Assembly: GCA_964629655.1 (NCBI GenBank)
Contig: CAZVQU010000001.1
Coordinates: 292,056 to 356,055, forward strand
Length of the DNA: 64,000 nt
From: an uncultured Planctomycetia bacterium
Lineage (GTDB): Bacteria; Omnitrophota; Gorgyraeia; Duberdicusellales; 4484-171
Direction of reading: 5' to 3'
Under the pieces are notes generated by a model. It was given only the letters and a program-made list of their open reading frames with translations, was not told the origin of the DNA and ran no database searches. The translations under genes and the position numbers were made by a program. The stretch's first letter is position 1; each line of letters begins with the position of its first letter. Below are positions 40,455 through 49,616 of this stretch, piece after piece.

Positions 40455-41375
40455 CTACTCTTCAATTAATCTCTGTTCTCGATAATATTTGACCCACTCA
40501 TTGAAATGATTTACCCCCATCAAAAGCCCTTCGGCGTCACATAAATTACAGGGAGGAAAATTACGATTTTCTTTAGCAAGATTGATTCGAACTTTCTTTA
40601 AAATATCATTATTCCAAATTTCCAAAATTGAATCGCTATTAACATTTCCAACAATTAGCTTCCTACCCCAATCATGAGTGCATAGAAGAACCCGCCCTTC
40701 ATAGTCAACGAAGGTTTGATAAAAAGGGTGGTGACAAGCCCGTTTAGCCGGTTTTTCAACCGCGTTTATGCCAATATCTTTATTTTCCAATGTCCCAGCC
40801 CGATTAGTAAGCGTAATGCCATAATGTCCTTCCGGCGACAACCACCGCGCTCTCAGAACAACCCGATTATCTCCTAACCCTGTTTGCCTCTTTAAGTTAT
40901 TAAAATGCTCCTTCTGATGAGGGCCGTCGTACATGCTAATACAGATTGCGTCAAGCCCAGCAGCGAACAAATCAAGGAGCCTTTCCGAAGTTAACAAGTC
41001 TCCGTTAGTTATAACTTCTACACGCGCCCCAGGACAGTAATGCTTAGAGAGGGCGATAAGTTTTCCAATGTTTTCATGAAGTAACGGTTCGCTGAAAGCT
41101 GAATAGTGAATAATCCCATCAAAATCTACCCTTTTAAGATCTTTCATAATCTTCTCATAAAGTTCTACAGGCATATACTTGTTAGTATTAGGAAAAATCT
41201 TGGGGTCGTTTCGGGGACAAAAAATACACTTGCGATTGCATAATCCTGAAATATCAAACTCGATTATCGAAAATAACGGAGGTATATTGGCGGCTGCTTT
41301 TCCCTGTTGATAAATATCCAGCAATCTGCTCTTTCTGCCTATATCGGGATCAAAAAATCTACATTTTTTCTCCAT
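40455..41375 (-). CDS. Radical SAM/SPASM-domain protein
   Basis: CNRKCIFC and EPLLH; C-terminal C..PF...C..DW...GN...CNLC. Confidence 0.9.
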   Translation of the reverse strand: MEKKCRFFDPDIGRKSRLLDIYQQGKAAANIPPLFSIIEFDISGLCNRKCIFCPRNDPKIFPNTNKYMPVELYEKIMKDLKRVDFDGIIHYSAFSEPLLHENIGKLIALSKHYCPGARVEVITNGDLLTSERLLDLFAAGLDAICISMYDGPHQKEHFNNLKRQTGLGDNRVVLRARWLSPEGHYGITLTNRAGTLENKDIGINAVEKPAKRACHHPFYQTFVDYEGRVLLCTHDWGRKLIVGNVNSDSILEIWNNDILKKVRINLAKENRNFPPCNLCDAEGLLMGVNHFNEWVKYYREQRLIEE

Positions 41376-42917
41376 TTAGCTATTTCCTTTCTCAGATATA
41401 CGTTTAAAATCCCATTTTGATTCTTTTTCAGTAATACGATAGAATATTCGTTTCAAGATGTTAAAAACGCTATTGGCTAAAAAGGTTTCCCCTTCGGCTA
41501 TTCTTATCAATCCGTAGTAAATTTTGGGGAGCTTAAAATATAATTGAAAAGTCCGGAATAGGCCTCGAAGTTCTTTGTTGGAAATTTGATTAAGGTCAAG
41601 GCACGATTCCGCTCTATAAACATTTTCATACTCTTTTTCTTTAATAGGGTCGAAAAGTTTTTCTTTTATACACAAATCTCTCAGCTCAGTGCCTCGATAA
41701 GGATGGAAAAAAGTAAGAGTAGTAGTCGTTGGCTTTGCCTGCCTGTTGAGTTCTATAGTTTCAAATATCTCCTTTCTCGTTTCGTAAGGTATGCCGATCA
41801 TGTCAAAGGTTGAACTGCGTATTTTATATTTACGCGCTAAGCCGATTACCCGGACAACCTGCTCATTCTTATAATTTCTTCCCAAAACATTTCTTCTTAC
41901 CTTTGGGCTGCCGGATTCTAACCCTACGCATATGTTGCGACATCCTGCTTCAACAATTTTAGAGAATTGTTCTTCTTTTATGAGTTCAGGATGTAAATTT
42001 ATAGTAAAGGGGAGACCAACGTGTTTCTTGTAAAGCTTGCAAAAATTCTCAGCTACTTCATGTTTGTGGAGGGGGAAAAGATCATCAAAAAACATATTAA
42101 AATTCAGATTGTATTTTTCCTTGAAGAATGCCATCTCCTGAACCAATAACTCGGTTCTTTTTATTCTATAATATTCGCCTTTATCTTTATAAATCTGAGA
42201 CTTGGCGCGATTTGCACAATATTTACAAGGAAACAAACATCCGCGGGTCATTCCAAAATGGCCTATTCTGTATATTTTACCGGCTAATGGTTTTAAAATG
42301 TGGCGTTCATCAAAAATGCTCCAATCCGGACGTAGAATCTTATTAATGTCAAGCAATGGCCTTACTTCATTTTTGTAAATTTTTCCGTTTTCTTTAATCC
42401 ATAAATTCTTTATATCCTTAATGTCTCTTTTTTGCTCTATATTATTGCAGAGCTCCGTTAAGGCCTCTTCTCCTTCGCCTCTGCACACGATATCCACGCA
42501 ATCCTCGGCAATCACCTCCTCAGGAGCAAAGGTAGCGGTTGGCCCACCTACCACCGTTACGATATCTTTATATTTTTTTCTAATTTCTCTCAACAATTCT
42601 AAGCTAAAGCTGTAATTGGGGTCGACAACGCTAGCGGCAATTATATCAGGTTTGAATAACTCTATTTCACGTTCAAACTCAACAACAGGATCCGCGTCTC
42701 TCTCTACTAATCCGTATTTTTTTAAATCCGGATTACGTACCTGTAAAGCTGAAGCACGTAACTCTTCGTCGTTCTGAATATTGCCGCATTTAATAAACGT
42801 CGTGTCGAACAACTTGACCTGGTGGCCGTCTCTCTTTAGATACGCTGATAGATAACAAACGCCAACCGGTACGCGCGTTATCATTACTTTGTTGGGATAT
42901 AAAAAAAGAACTCTCAT
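41376..42917 (-). CDS. Cobalamin-dependent radical SAM protein
   Basis: PVGVCYLSA, GGPTAT, GEGE, TRGCLFPCKYC, GLESG and PYRGT motifs. Confidence 0.92.
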   Translation of the reverse strand: MRVLFLYPNKVMITRVPVGVCYLSAYLKRDGHQVKLFDTTFIKCGNIQNDEELRASALQVRNPDLKKYGLVERDADPVVEFEREIELFKPDIIAASVVDPNYSFSLELLREIRKKYKDIVTVVGGPTATFAPEEVIAEDCVDIVCRGEGEEALTELCNNIEQKRDIKDIKNLWIKENGKIYKNEVRPLLDINKILRPDWSIFDERHILKPLAGKIYRIGHFGMTRGCLFPCKYCANRAKSQIYKDKGEYYRIKRTELLVQEMAFFKEKYNLNFNMFFDDLFPLHKHEVAENFCKLYKKHVGLPFTINLHPELIKEEQFSKIVEAGCRNICVGLESGSPKVRRNVLGRNYKNEQVVRVIGLARKYKIRSSTFDMIGIPYETRKEIFETIELNRQAKPTTTTLTFFHPYRGTELRDLCIKEKLFDPIKEKEYENVYRAESCLDLNQISNKELRGLFRTFQLYFKLPKIYYGLIRIAEGETFLANSVFNILKRIFYRITEKESKWDFKRISEKGNS

Positions 42918-43996
42918 CTTAATGTTGCCTCCTCTTCTTCACCTTTCTTGCTATCTAAATTAGAAATATTATAAGCGTTACGCCATTGAGCATCAGCATA
43001 ATAAATGCGATAGACGAGTTTCATAGTCTCCAAAGCATCTTTACTGCCGCCGGACTTAATTTTTGTTCCTTTTGCTATAACATCAGCAAATTCGTAAATC
43101 TCATCCCGCCAAGAATTATCCTCTAGGTATGATATGACCTCCTCCTGTAAAGTGCCTACGGCAGAATCACACCTTCTCCCAACAGCAAGCTTCTCGCCGC
43201 CGTAACTTTTAGAACCGCTAAGAATGCCTCGCAGTTCCAGATACCCTTCAGTTAAAGTTATGTGCAGAGTAAACCGATGCTGCCACTGGGTGGCGGTAGA
43301 GTGCAGCATTGCAATTCGGCCCTTAGTGTCTCGCATGAGGGCAAAAGCGTTATCCTCTACATCGTGATGCCAATAATTATTAGAAACATAACTTTTCACC
43401 TCCAAAAACTCTCCACAAAACAACCTCATCAAATCAACCATATGAATACCCTGGTCAAGCAATATCCCTCCGCCGGAAAATTTGCGTTCGGCGCGCCACT
43501 CTCCGGTAAAAGGAATCATTGTGCTTTTACCGTAAACACCGCGTAGGTTAACAATTTCACCGAGCTCACCGGACTTAACTATTCGCAAAGCTTCCCGTAC
43601 AGAGTTGTGATAACGATGGTTAAATCCGTACTTTAGCAACAAGCCCGCACGCTTTTTCTCAACTTCTATTACCCGTTCAACGTCGGAAACATTTCGTCCC
43701 GGGGGCTTTTCACAAAATACATGCAGACCGCGCTCTAAGGCAGCAATAGTAACATCGGCTGCCAGATAATTCGGCAAGGAAACAAATAAAATGTCCAATG
43801 GTTGCTCTAAGAGCTGACGATAGTCAGAAAAACAATGCACTCCATCAGGCCTAACGCCGTGCTCGAGAAATTCCCGGTCACAGACTGCTACGGTCTGTAA
43901 TCCCGGGTGTTGGTCTATATAATGGCGGCGGCGCTTACCTACCACCCCAAATCCGGCAATTCCAACTTTTAATTTCTCTTTGTTTCTCATAGCCAT
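42914..43996 (-). CDS. Gfo/Idh/MocA oxidoreductase
   Basis: GIAGFGVVG, HVFCEKP, GFNHRY and GGGILLDQGIH motifs. Confidence 0.92.
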   Translation of the reverse strand: MAMRNKEKLKVGIAGFGVVGKRRRHYIDQHPGLQTVAVCDREFLEHGVRPDGVHCFSDYRQLLEQPLDILFVSLPNYLAADVTIAALERGLHVFCEKPPGRNVSDVERVIEVEKKRAGLLLKYGFNHRYHNSVREALRIVKSGELGEIVNLRGVYGKSTMIPFTGEWRAERKFSGGGILLDQGIHMVDLMRLFCGEFLEVKSYVSNNYWHHDVEDNAFALMRDTKGRIAMLHSTATQWQHRFTLHITLTEGYLELRGILSGSKSYGGEKLAVGRRCDSAVGTLQEEVISYLEDNSWRDEIYEFADVIAKGTKIKSGGSKDALETMKLVYRIYYADAQWRNAYNISNLDSKKGEEEEATLR

Positions 43997-44015
43997 CCTC
44001 CCCTATTAAGCACCT

Positions 44016-45236
44016 TTATGAAGATGATAAAGATAAAATAAATTGACTGATACGTTCGCATGCTTTACCATCCAAACGCGGATAAATCAGGCTCTTTAAT
44101 TGCCTACGCTTCATTTGATATTGGTCATTTCCTCTAATAAAAATATCTCCTATATAATCAAGCACTTCGGGCCAATTACGAGCTTTTGGCCCAGGAAGGT
44201 CATTATCATAGTCAACAAAAAAGCCATGCTCTTTTCGATAACCTTCATAATCAAACTTAGCGAAAACAAAAGGTTTATCATAAATCAAGAAGTCAGCAAA
44301 AAGAGATGAATAATCGGTAATGAGAAGGTCGGTTTTGCTAAGAATCTTGTTTATTTCATCGCCGGAATAACTAAAACTTTTTATATTATTGTAACCGTTG
44401 AAGTTGGGAATTTTTTGTCGCTTTGGCGTATTGGGATGAAAACCAATAGCAATGATTGCCTTAATTTCTTCTAATAACTGATCTAACGCTTTCAAATCAA
44501 AACCAAACTTGAATATGCTAAACATAGAGTCACTTCTCCATGTAGGCAGCAAAAAAAGGCGCCTCCTGCCAGTCGCACAAAAGGCTGCATAATCTTTGTC
44601 TCGATTCAAAGCAACATTGTCGCTGCCAGGATCAAGGAGAAGGTCGGTTTTGGGAGTGCCTGTTGGAATGATTCTATCGTCGCTGATTTTGTAGTGGTGT
44701 TTGGTTGCGGCAAAAGTAAATTTCGATGATGTTATCGCGTAGTCGGGCTTAATCAGATAAGCATATGAATTGCGCAAATAGTTATAGATTTTCCAGAAAA
44801 GAGAACAGCGTAACGACAAACTCATATCCTTTATAGGGTAAATAGCGTGATCTAAGTTAATCATTATGCCTCCCCGGGAGACAAATTCATTCACGTCTCT
44901 AATGCCATGGGTAACAATGAAATATTTAGCCCTTAAAGTTATCAGCATTCCCCTCAGGCTATAGGCATAATAAGCGTCGATATTGTCTTCTCGCAGCTTA
45001 AGGCTCAGGCTGTAATCTTTAGTTATCCATACCGCGCGAATATCAGAATAGTTATTTTTCACATAAAAATATAAATGCTTACTGTTTCCTCTGAACTTTC
45101 TGCCGTTCCAGCATCCAAAAAGCCAAATTTTTGAATCTCTGGGAAAGAAACCGGAGAAAAAATACAAAATATAAGAAAGCATTTGCAGGAATATACAAAA
45201 TAGAGTAATTATGTATTTTTTTGTTATTAACAGCAT
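44016..45236 (-). CDS. CDP-glycerol glycerophosphotransferase (TagF/TagB) family protein
   Basis: FRGNSKHLY, TGTPKTD, LPTWR, FHP and DLLITDYSSLFADF motifs. Confidence 0.85.
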   Translation of the reverse strand: MLLITKKYIITLFCIFLQMLSYILYFFSGFFPRDSKIWLFGCWNGRKFRGNSKHLYFYVKNNYSDIRAVWITKDYSLSLKLREDNIDAYYAYSLRGMLITLRAKYFIVTHGIRDVNEFVSRGGIMINLDHAIYPIKDMSLSLRCSLFWKIYNYLRNSYAYLIKPDYAITSSKFTFAATKHHYKISDDRIIPTGTPKTDLLLDPGSDNVALNRDKDYAAFCATGRRRLFLLPTWRSDSMFSIFKFGFDLKALDQLLEEIKAIIAIGFHPNTPKRQKIPNFNGYNNIKSFSYSGDEINKILSKTDLLITDYSSLFADFLIYDKPFVFAKFDYEGYRKEHGFFVDYDNDLPGPKARNWPEVLDYIGDIFIRGNDQYQMKRRQLKSLIYPRLDGKACERISQFILSLSSS

Positions 45237-45292
45237 GCTTTAAATATTAAAATATCTTTACTATCGTTTCAAATTTGTTTTGCTTCATATCC

Positions 45293-46084
45293 TTAACAAT
45301 TTACATCCTTGTAATTTGCTATCAGGCTATCGTTCTCCATAAAACGTTCTACTCTTTTTAAATCTTCTAAAGTATCTACGCTATAAGTTTCGGACTCTGT
45401 GGGGACCATCTTAACCCTGTATCCATTCCCCAAAACCCTTAACATATCTATAGATTCAATCACTTCAAGCGGTGTCGAAGGAAGATTATTAAACTTAATT
45501 AAAAAATCCCTGCGAAAAGGATCTATGGAAATCTGTTTATTCATAGGTATTTCCTTCGAGTATTTTTTTCGTGAAGGAATAGGCTCTCTTGAAAAATAAA
45601 GCGCGAAATTATCTTTATCAACCACAACCTTAACAGCGTTAGGATCCTGATGCTCTTTGAGAGACCTTATCGGCGCCATAAGGTTTACAACTACCACAGC
45701 ATCGTTTTCTAACATAGGCTTGACTGCTTGATTTATCATTTCCGGATAAACCATAGGCTCATCTCCTTGAACCATTACTACTATATCTATCCTTTCTTTC
45801 GTAGCCTCTTCTATTTTTAACATAGCTTCAGCGGTTCTATCGGAGGCCCGCTGATGTGTATCTTTAGTCATCACCACTTTCATATTATTCTGAATACAAT
45901 ACTCCTCTATCTCTCTATCGCAGGTAGCAATATAAACATCACAAAGCATACCTGCCATTTTACTTCTAAAATAGACATGCTCAATCATAGGAATCCCGCA
46001 GATCTTAGCAAGAGGCTTGCCGGGAAACCGCATTGAAGCCATTCGAGCAGGAATAATGCCGATTATATTCATTTTATCTTTCAT
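45293..46084 (-). CDS. KdsB-like ulosonate cytidylyltransferase
   Basis: IPARMASMRFPGKPL, VQGDEP, ALYFSREPIP, LEVIESIDMLR and SVDT motifs. Confidence 0.88.
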   Translation of the reverse strand: MKDKMNIIGIIPARMASMRFPGKPLAKICGIPMIEHVYFRSKMAGMLCDVYIATCDREIEEYCIQNNMKVVMTKDTHQRASDRTAEAMLKIEEATKERIDIVVMVQGDEPMVYPEMINQAVKPMLENDAVVVVNLMAPIRSLKEHQDPNAVKVVVDKDNFALYFSREPIPSRKKYSKEIPMNKQISIDPFRRDFLIKFNNLPSTPLEVIESIDMLRVLGNGYRVKMVPTESETYSVDTLEDLKRVERFMENDSLIANYKDVNC

Positions 46085-46091
46085 GCCATAA

Positions 46092-47033
46092 CTATTCCCA
46101 GGAATCCTTTCTTGCCCAATCTACCGATTTAAAAGCACGAAGTATTCCCTGTAAATAAGAAATAATCCTGCCTCTACCTTTAAAGGCGGGGATTTTTAAA
46201 ACAGGTTTACTTAAACCTGCGATTATTGACTCGATTCTTTTTTTCTTCTCACAGCTTAATCGCCCTTTTTGGCAAAAATAACTTACAAGTTCTGTTGCAA
46301 AATCATACTTTTTGTACGCCACCGACGCTATAATTGGCGGGCCAATATGGGTAGGAACTGAATTCGCGCCAATGTAGTCTTTAAAGTATATAGCATCGGC
46401 AAAGATGATCTGTCCTCTACCCTTCTGATGACGCAAATTTCTTTTCCAATAGGCCGGCCTTAAATCAAATAAGCTAAAACCGGCACCTCTCAAATAAGAA
46501 TCAACATCAGCAAACAATGGTTGTTCTTTGTAAAGCTCGGAAAATCCAACTTCAACTTCTAAGCCACAGACATTATCCAAAACTTTAGCGCCGCCCTTCA
46601 AAATATTCAACTCATAACCGTCAGTGTCAATTTTGATGAAATCAGCTTTATCAGCTAAGGGAGTATTATCTAAACTATTAGCATCCATAAAGACTTCCCT
46701 CAATGAATCAAAACGTTCACTGAAAGGAAATCTATTAAAAAATTCGGGATCGAGCCTCAGGCAAGATGCGTTCTTGTTATTTGGGGCTACAAAAAATTTT
46801 AACCGGCAAGGTTTTTCGGCTAGGCAATAATTATAATAGGTAACATTCTTACGTTTTTTTGCGTCAGTTAAATTTCTGAATTCTTCCTCGCTCGGCTCAA
46901 AACCTATTACAGATAAACGGTCGCCCAACATGCTCCATTTTTGATCAAAACCGCCCGCGGCGCCAATGTCAATAAATACAAATTTTTCTAAATTTAACAA
47001 ATCATAAAGTTCTTTTAATTTTTTGCTGCTCAT
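46092..47033 (-). CDS. FkbM-family methyltransferase
   Basis: IDIGAAGG, GFEP, FIKIDTDGYEL and YKEQPLFADVD motifs. Confidence 0.88.
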   Translation of the reverse strand: MSSKKLKELYDLLNLEKFVFIDIGAAGGFDQKWSMLGDRLSVIGFEPSEEEFRNLTDAKKRKNVTYYNYCLAEKPCRLKFFVAPNNKNASCLRLDPEFFNRFPFSERFDSLREVFMDANSLDNTPLADKADFIKIDTDGYELNILKGGAKVLDNVCGLEVEVGFSELYKEQPLFADVDSYLRGAGFSLFDLRPAYWKRNLRHQKGRGQIIFADAIYFKDYIGANSVPTHIGPPIIASVAYKKYDFATELVSYFCQKGRLSCEKKKRIESIIAGLSKPVLKIPAFKGRGRIISYLQGILRAFKSVDWARKDSWE

Positions 47034-47036
47034 TCT

Positions 47037-47819
47037 TTACCCCCGGATTTTGGCTGTTACTTTTGCTAACTCTTCTTTGCATTTAGCTCCTAAAAAAAGA
47101 GCGTCGAAGCTAAAAGCGACAAACTTGTAGCCTCTATCTACGTATTCTAAAACTTTTTTATAGTCTGGAGGGACAGAATGAATCCCCATTGGTTTATTAA
47201 GCTTATTACAGATTTCCTCATATCTTCGCAGAGCTGCCTTTACTTCCGGACGCTCAAATTCTCCCGGGTACCCCAAAGAAGCAGATAAATCATAGGGCCC
47301 TATTATGCTTGCGTCAACCCCATCTGTATCCAAGATTTGTTCCAGATTGTCTATTGCTTTTATATGTTCAATCTGGACTATTACAATGCTACCAGAATCA
47401 ACCCACTTTTTATATTCTTCAAATTTCAAACCATATCCTTGAGCCCTGGCTAAACCCACACCTCGATTACCTATAGGAGGATATTTTACAGAGTTTACAG
47501 CTCTGATAGCCTCCTCCTTTGTGTTTATCATAGGCACAATTACACCGCGCGCGCCAGCATCCATAACCCTTTTTATAAGATTAGGGTCATTCTCACCAAC
47601 CCTAACCATAGGGATAACCCCGGCTAAGTCTACAACCTGGATAATATTCTTAGCCTCAGCTAAGGTAATTGCCGAATGTTCCATATCTACACAAAGCCAG
47701 TCAAATCCAAGTTTTGCCATAATTTCGGCTATGCAAGTATCACCAATGGTTATCCAAGACCCAATAGTTAACTTCCCTGAGCTTAGACACTGTTTGAGAT
47801 TTTTATTTACACTCGACAT
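47037..47819 (-). CDS. HpcH/HpaI (GarL-like) class II pyruvate aldolase
   Basis: GFDWLCVDMEH, YPPIGNRG, VQIE and IGPYDLSASLG motifs. Confidence 0.92.
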   Translation of the reverse strand: MSSVNKNLKQCLSSGKLTIGSWITIGDTCIAEIMAKLGFDWLCVDMEHSAITLAEAKNIIQVVDLAGVIPMVRVGENDPNLIKRVMDAGARGVIVPMINTKEEAIRAVNSVKYPPIGNRGVGLARAQGYGLKFEEYKKWVDSGSIVIVQIEHIKAIDNLEQILDTDGVDASIIGPYDLSASLGYPGEFERPEVKAALRRYEEICNKLNKPMGIHSVPPDYKKVLEYVDRGYKFVAFSFDALFLGAKCKEELAKVTAKIRG

Positions 47820-47877
47820 AATCTTACTCCCCCTACTTTTAAAGATTAAATAACTTTCATCAAAATTAAACAGGTAT

Positions 47878-48639
47878 TTATAAAAATATATCTATGGGCA
47901 AATTAAATTCGGTTTTAATACTTTGTTCTTCTCTATCGATAATAGGTGTTCTTTTTTGAATATAAAATACAGCAAAAATTAACTTCTTAAATAGTGTTAC
48001 AGCGGTCTTTGGAGAAAGGCCCCAATATCCATACGCGCCGACTAATTGAGGGGAAGGCTTTAGCCCTTCTATCATTCCAAGAACATCTTTAAAATTGAAT
48101 ACTACATAATTAGCGATTTCGCAATTACTCTTTTTCCCTGAGAAATCAATATGCTGATAACTTTCTCTTATGTCATTGATCCCTCTTTCTTTTGTAATCC
48201 TCAATGAAATAATAAAATACCCTCCAGGCTTTACCCTATCCCAACAATAATTAATTATTTTGCCAGTCTCTATATTCCAATCAGCGCAGCTCAATGAGGC
48301 CACCACATCATAACTTTTGTTTAATTTCTGTTTTAAAATATCACCGGCAATAAACTTTACCGGCATTGATAATTTCTGATTATTCCGGGCCCACTCGATG
48401 GCATTTTTATTAATGTCAATGCCGGTATAAGAATCGAAAATAAACTTCTCGCTCAATGCCGCTCCCAGTCCCCCGCAGGCACATCCGACATCCAAAATAT
48501 CACCAAATGTTTTTCTGAAACCCGCGATTTTATTGAATACCCATCTCTCGGAAGGATAAAATTCCTCCCATTTCTGCCTATGGGAGCTGAAAAAATCCTG
48601 AATCTGCTGTGACTTATATTCAATATTCTTGTTGCCCAT
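47878..48639 (-). CDS. Class I SAM-dependent methyltransferase
   Basis: ILDVGCACGG, YTGIDIN and VKPGG motifs. Confidence 0.88.
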   Translation of the reverse strand: MGNKNIEYKSQQIQDFFSSHRQKWEEFYPSERWVFNKIAGFRKTFGDILDVGCACGGLGAALSEKFIFDSYTGIDINKNAIEWARNNQKLSMPVKFIAGDILKQKLNKSYDVVASLSCADWNIETGKIINYCWDRVKPGGYFIISLRITKERGINDIRESYQHIDFSGKKSNCEIANYVVFNFKDVLGMIEGLKPSPQLVGAYGYWGLSPKTAVTLFKKLIFAVFYIQKRTPIIDREEQSIKTEFNLPIDIFL

Positions 48640-48694
48640 TTAAAATGTCCTCTTCCCTTTATCTATCATTACCGTAAAGGATACATCCATACTA

Positions 48695-49579
48695 TTATAT
48701 AAATTTTCTTTTAAAATCTGCAAAGACTTCCCGATATAAAGTAGTATCTCTCTCCAAGATAACTCCCCAAAATCCCTCGAAATCTATCTCTCTCATAAAC
48801 ATTCTCAGAAATCCGCTTAGAAAAGGTATCCAGCGGGGATACTGATAATAAATTTGCTCATGGATAATCTTCCACCCTGTATAATTCATAAGCAGTTTCC
48901 AATCTTCCGGATTCAATTCAAAGATATGTTCATTCTCTACTACCTTATGACTCTTTTTCCTCTTACGCATAGAAGACAACCCAACACGGCTTTTTCGCAA
49001 ATAAGGCACTGTTACTGCTATTCTGTTACACTTTAGATTCTTGCCTAATCGCTTAAGAAAATCTATCGGGTTATGCAGATGCTCTATTATCTGAAAAAGA
49101 ATAACCAAATCAATCTTCCTATCCCCTAATGTAAAATCCTCCCCATTACACAAAACGGCCTTATGTCCCTGAGCTTTAATTTTTTCTACTGAAATTGAGT
49201 CGCAGTTAACGCTGATGGAATCAATATTGAATACGCCATCAGTAAGCCCTTCGAGATACCGCAGGTGCGTACGCGCTGAATCTCCAATATCCACAATGGT
49301 CAACTCACCGGCAGGAAATCCTTTCAGCGCCTTAAGCATTAAAGAACATTGAAAGGCGTGCTGGATGCGTAGTTTAGTCTCCCAGAAGCTGTTGAAATCC
49401 AGAGGACAAGAGTATTGGTTGGAGATATCCGGCTTTATCCTCTGCAGTTTTCTTATGATTTCTCTATAGTTATTCTGAAACAAGGTCAATCGAAGAGAGA
49501 ATTTGGCTATCCCCTGAATAAAAGCTTTGATATCAACACCAATTGTTCTTAGAATTTTTTTGACGATTAATTTAAGCAT
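48695..49579 (-). CDS. Methyltransferase-fold protein with a divergent motif I
   Basis: IVDIGDSART, FQIIEHLHNP and VTVPY motifs. Confidence 0.7.
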   Translation of the reverse strand: MLKLIVKKILRTIGVDIKAFIQGIAKFSLRLTLFQNNYREIIRKLQRIKPDISNQYSCPLDFNSFWETKLRIQHAFQCSLMLKALKGFPAGELTIVDIGDSARTHLRYLEGLTDGVFNIDSISVNCDSISVEKIKAQGHKAVLCNGEDFTLGDRKIDLVILFQIIEHLHNPIDFLKRLGKNLKCNRIAVTVPYLRKSRVGLSSMRKRKKSHKVVENEHIFELNPEDWKLLMNYTGWKIIHEQIYYQYPRWIPFLSGFLRMFMREIDFEGFWGVILERDTTLYREVFADFKRKFI

Positions 49580-49616
49580 AATTTGTTAATCCAAACTAAT
49601 AAAACACAAACGCGGC

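Noticed and set aside
44322-44652. 16-bp direct repeat GAGAAGGTCGGTTTTG at 44322-44337 and 44637-44652
   Set aside because: There are only two copies, both encoding KTDLL within one intact gene, with no array or mobile-element context.
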